From NCBI GenBank assembly GCA_905178155.1, contig CAJINV010000008.1, positions 62,001 to 126,000 of the forward strand: a stretch of DNA of 64,000 nucleotides, read 5' to 3'. Under the pieces are notes generated by a model. The model had not been told where the DNA came from. It made no database searches and was given only the letters and a program-made list of their open reading frames with translations. A program made the position numbers and the translations under genes. This document shows positions 61,101 to 64,000 of this stretch, one piece after another. Every line of letters starts with the position of its first letter. The first letter of the stretch is position 1. The stretch comes from Amoebophrya sp. A120. Lineage: Eukaryota; Protista; Dinoflagellata.

Positions 61101-63490
61101 ATATATAATAAATTTTTCACTGTCTACCTAGTCCAAAAAGATCGACAGCTACAGTGCCAGAACTACAGACACAGAAGCATCAACAAGCTCAAACAAGTAA
61201 GAGCTGTTTATACCTGCCCAAGGGAAAGCCGGATCCACTTCGTTGAAGCGCAACTTTTTTGGCGGACAGGGAATTTCAGCCTTAAGTGCGACTCCGATCA
61301 CCGATTTACCAAGAGAGTCGTCGAAGCAGCCCTGGTTGTTACTCCAATCGTTGGTTAAGCGATCTTTGATTACCTCCGGGAGGGCGCCGCCTGCGAACCC
61401 AAACTCATTTCCGAGGTCATAACGGTTATGCCACTTTTCCCAACTGCTTTTCTCTGCCGCCAGTTCCGTGATATGAATTTTGTCGCGCATGTCCCACATC
61501 GGCTACGACATCATAGCGAAATCTTGAAGAACTGCAATTGACGAGACTAGGCCGTGAGACTGAACTTTTCGAAACGCAGTCGCTTCGCTTATATGATTGT
61601 ATGCAAATGTAGTCGTTCATGCGTTTATGCAGTGCAGATACAGAAGTCAGAAGGTGGTGCAAGGCGCGACATAGTAACTTGAGGATTCAAGATTTCCACA
61701 AGGATAAGCTCGTTTCTATTCACATACCCAATGAAGAGAATTTCCGCGAACCTGAAATCATGTCCATGGTGACGGTGAGAAAGTGTAGCTGTACCTGCTC
61801 CACCGCGCATGTAAGTATGCGTCTCACATTGGCTACTTCTGCATGATGTTGAGACTCTTTTTCTTGTTCTGTGCATAGACTAGAAGGAAACATACAGAAG
61901 CAACATCAATATTATTTGCAAATGCATTTCATCTTTGCTGCATCATGTTCATAATTCAATCGTTGCAAATCATTGAAAATAAAAGAGAAGCGATAGTACT
62001 GGGAGTCCGCACAGGTGATATCATATTCGTCGCAATAATCCGCACTGTACTGATATGAAAGACAAAGCTGGACCTGTGTCAGTCGCTGTCGGAGATGCTT
62101 TCTATTCGATATTGTGTCGGTTCAACATCATCATGCTTTTTAGAATGGAGCAGGAACTACACCCAGCACGACTGCTGGATGTACTGAAGTAGTTGCAGCA
62201 CCACTTTATCAGGAGTCCGCAGTCTGAAAAGCCAGAAGATTTCTAGTTCCGCGTAGTTTTTCGAGGGCGTACTAAGGCAGGTATGACTATGATATATCAT
62301 GACACCACAGATGCAAACATAGCAATACCAGCGAAGGAGCTGCCGTCCAGATGACGACCTGACCGCACCACAAGCCTTCGCGTTCGTACATTTGGGTTAG
62401 AATCGTACACGGCCTTGAGCAGTGCCAGTTCGTACTGACGCCGGTGCTCCTTGACGAGGTTGGAACCTGCGCTGCTCCCCACGGCTGTTTCGTAGTCCGC
62501 AAGGAAGAGCTGCAGCAGGTCTAAGGAGTACTGCGCGCTGCTCTGCTTATGCTGAAAGTTCTCGCTCAGTTGGAACTGCGGCACCACCAACATCATGGAC
62601 AGGACCAGCATAATGACGCGCCTCGTTGTCATGTCGCTGAGTTTCTTGCCCACGCGGGACTCCTGCACCGCGTTCACGCCGTCCTGTTGCAGCATGGCAA
62701 AGTTTTCGTCTTCGAAGTCGATCAGGTCCTCTTCCTCACCCGGCGCCACGCGTTTCGCGTAACCCTCCTCCGCTTCCTTCTTGCGCTTGCGCTCGAGCGC
62801 CGCCTTCACCTTCTTGCGTTGCTGCTGGTCTTGATACTGCTTGTACAGTTTCACGATTCGAATCAGTCGAATCATCCGCAGTACCCGCAAAACGCGCGCC
62901 GCCTGTGTACCTGGGACAAAGTTTTTGGAAAAAAGAAGCCTATTTCATAATCATCACTCATGAGTTTATTTGCCGTCATGCGCATGCTTTCTGGATCTGG
63001 ACCATGCTCCACTGTAAAGAATGGCGCCAACAACTGTTTCTTTCATTTCCAGCACGACTACAATATGTACACCGAGGTGGACACGACCGAGATGATGTCG
63101 TCATCTGTGTCTATCATTTTCACCTGCTTTGAGTTGTCCCGTACCCCCGCCGGATATCAGCTTTGCTACGCTAGTGATGTCGAGAATCAGCGACAGTGTG
63201 GCGATCACGTCGAGGTAAAAGAAGAACGAGAGGAAGTAGTCCTCTTTTCCCAGACTCTGGGCCACGCATTCTAGAAAGAATACCGCAAGTGCCACCCCAG
63301 TAATCCAATCAAAGATAATGTCGGCCGGTTCGCTCGTGGTTGCTAGCCGCAAGTCGTCACCGAACAGGGCATAAATGGTCAGAATCATGGTAAAAGTGTT
63401 AAAAGCCGGATCGTCAACAATGTTCTTGCACAGCCTCGTGACATATCGACTACAAAAGGAGCGGCGGCCTTGTCCTCGCCACATTGACAT
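58153..63490 (-). CDS. Alveolate-type adenylyl cyclase with N-terminal voltage-gated ion-channel-like domain (5' end may extend further)
   Basis: TIYALFGDD, FFFYLDVIATLSL, S4-like RVLRVLRMIRLIRIVKLYK, ESRVGKKLSD, and cyclase motifs AIFGFCNI, NKNIGDAFLLVW, GFGLHLGYAIEGAIGSEFKIDASYLSPNVNMASRLEAA, DRVFVKGS. Confidence 0.92.
59324..59641. mobile_element. TAT...ATA introner (318 bp), TSD ATCTG/GTCTG, inside the cyclase catalytic domain
   Basis: 19/20 TIR TATCCTAGG(T/A)AAAAGCGCAC. Removal gives FLARYPD-YRVQMGFGLH. Confidence 0.93.
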
Positions 63491-64000
63491 TGCGTGAGAA
63501 GGCTGTCATGATGATGCATGATGACCATGACGATACTACACATAGCAAAAACGCCCTCGTCCGCGAAACGTCAAGAGAACCTAAGTGCAACTCCGTGTAG
63601 TTCTTGCACAAGGCAAGGCCACGACGCTCCTTTTCTTTTCATAGCAGTGCCCGACTGAGTTGACCTCCGCCGGTGTCCACCCCAGCAGCACGGAAGAGAT
63701 TTTTCCGGTCTTTTGTGCCGGTGGTCCCGGCAAGCTGATGCCCCTCCACCGCCATGATTCCAGACAGCCCTTTTTTTTAGGTGAATTTCGATGAGCCACC
63801 GCCTGCTGCAAACTCGCCAGATATCGCTGCCGTCGGTACGAGGTCACGACTGTGGCTGTGACTGCAACCGCTTCATGAATTGCTCACTGTAGCTGATTGC
63901 GGAACGCGTGGCAAAGGACACTTGCCCACCACATAAACCCACAATCCACAACAAGCCCTGCCGCAGAGGGCCAGGGATCTTCTCCCGATCACGATGTGGT

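Overview
Gene-dense eukaryotic DNA. It is most consistent with a parasitic alveolate of the Syndiniales/Amoebophrya type. This is inferred from the gene content, the unidirectional gene block and the intron type; the taxon cannot be proven from the window alone. Every gene I can support lies on the minus strand: two F-box proteins, a BSD-domain protein, a PAM2-motif protein, a coiled-coil/LRR protein, CIAO1, an EF-hand protein, an eEF3-like ABC-F ATPase with an extended GCN1-like HEAT region, an SNase nuclease, a large Cys-rich/PAN-apple surface protein, TFIIH p52 (TFB2) with an apparent MIB/HERC2 insertion, and an ion-channel/adenylyl cyclase fusion. The main discovery is a family of at least 11 non-autonomous MITE-like elements (TAT...ATA termini, terminal inverted repeats, 5-nt target duplication) sitting inside the coding sequences of six genes, alongside ordinary GT-AG introns. 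Deleting each element plus exactly 5 nt restores the reading frame, even inside conserved catalytic motifs, although 10 of the 11 lack GT-AG ends. They therefore behave as non-canonical introner introns. Two copies of one subfamily lie in opposite orientations relative to transcription, and one of them carries a nested 1.26-kb TIR element. Diverged copies hint at a fixed splice register and at conversion into canonical introns. No transposase, RNA gene or CRISPR array was recognised.
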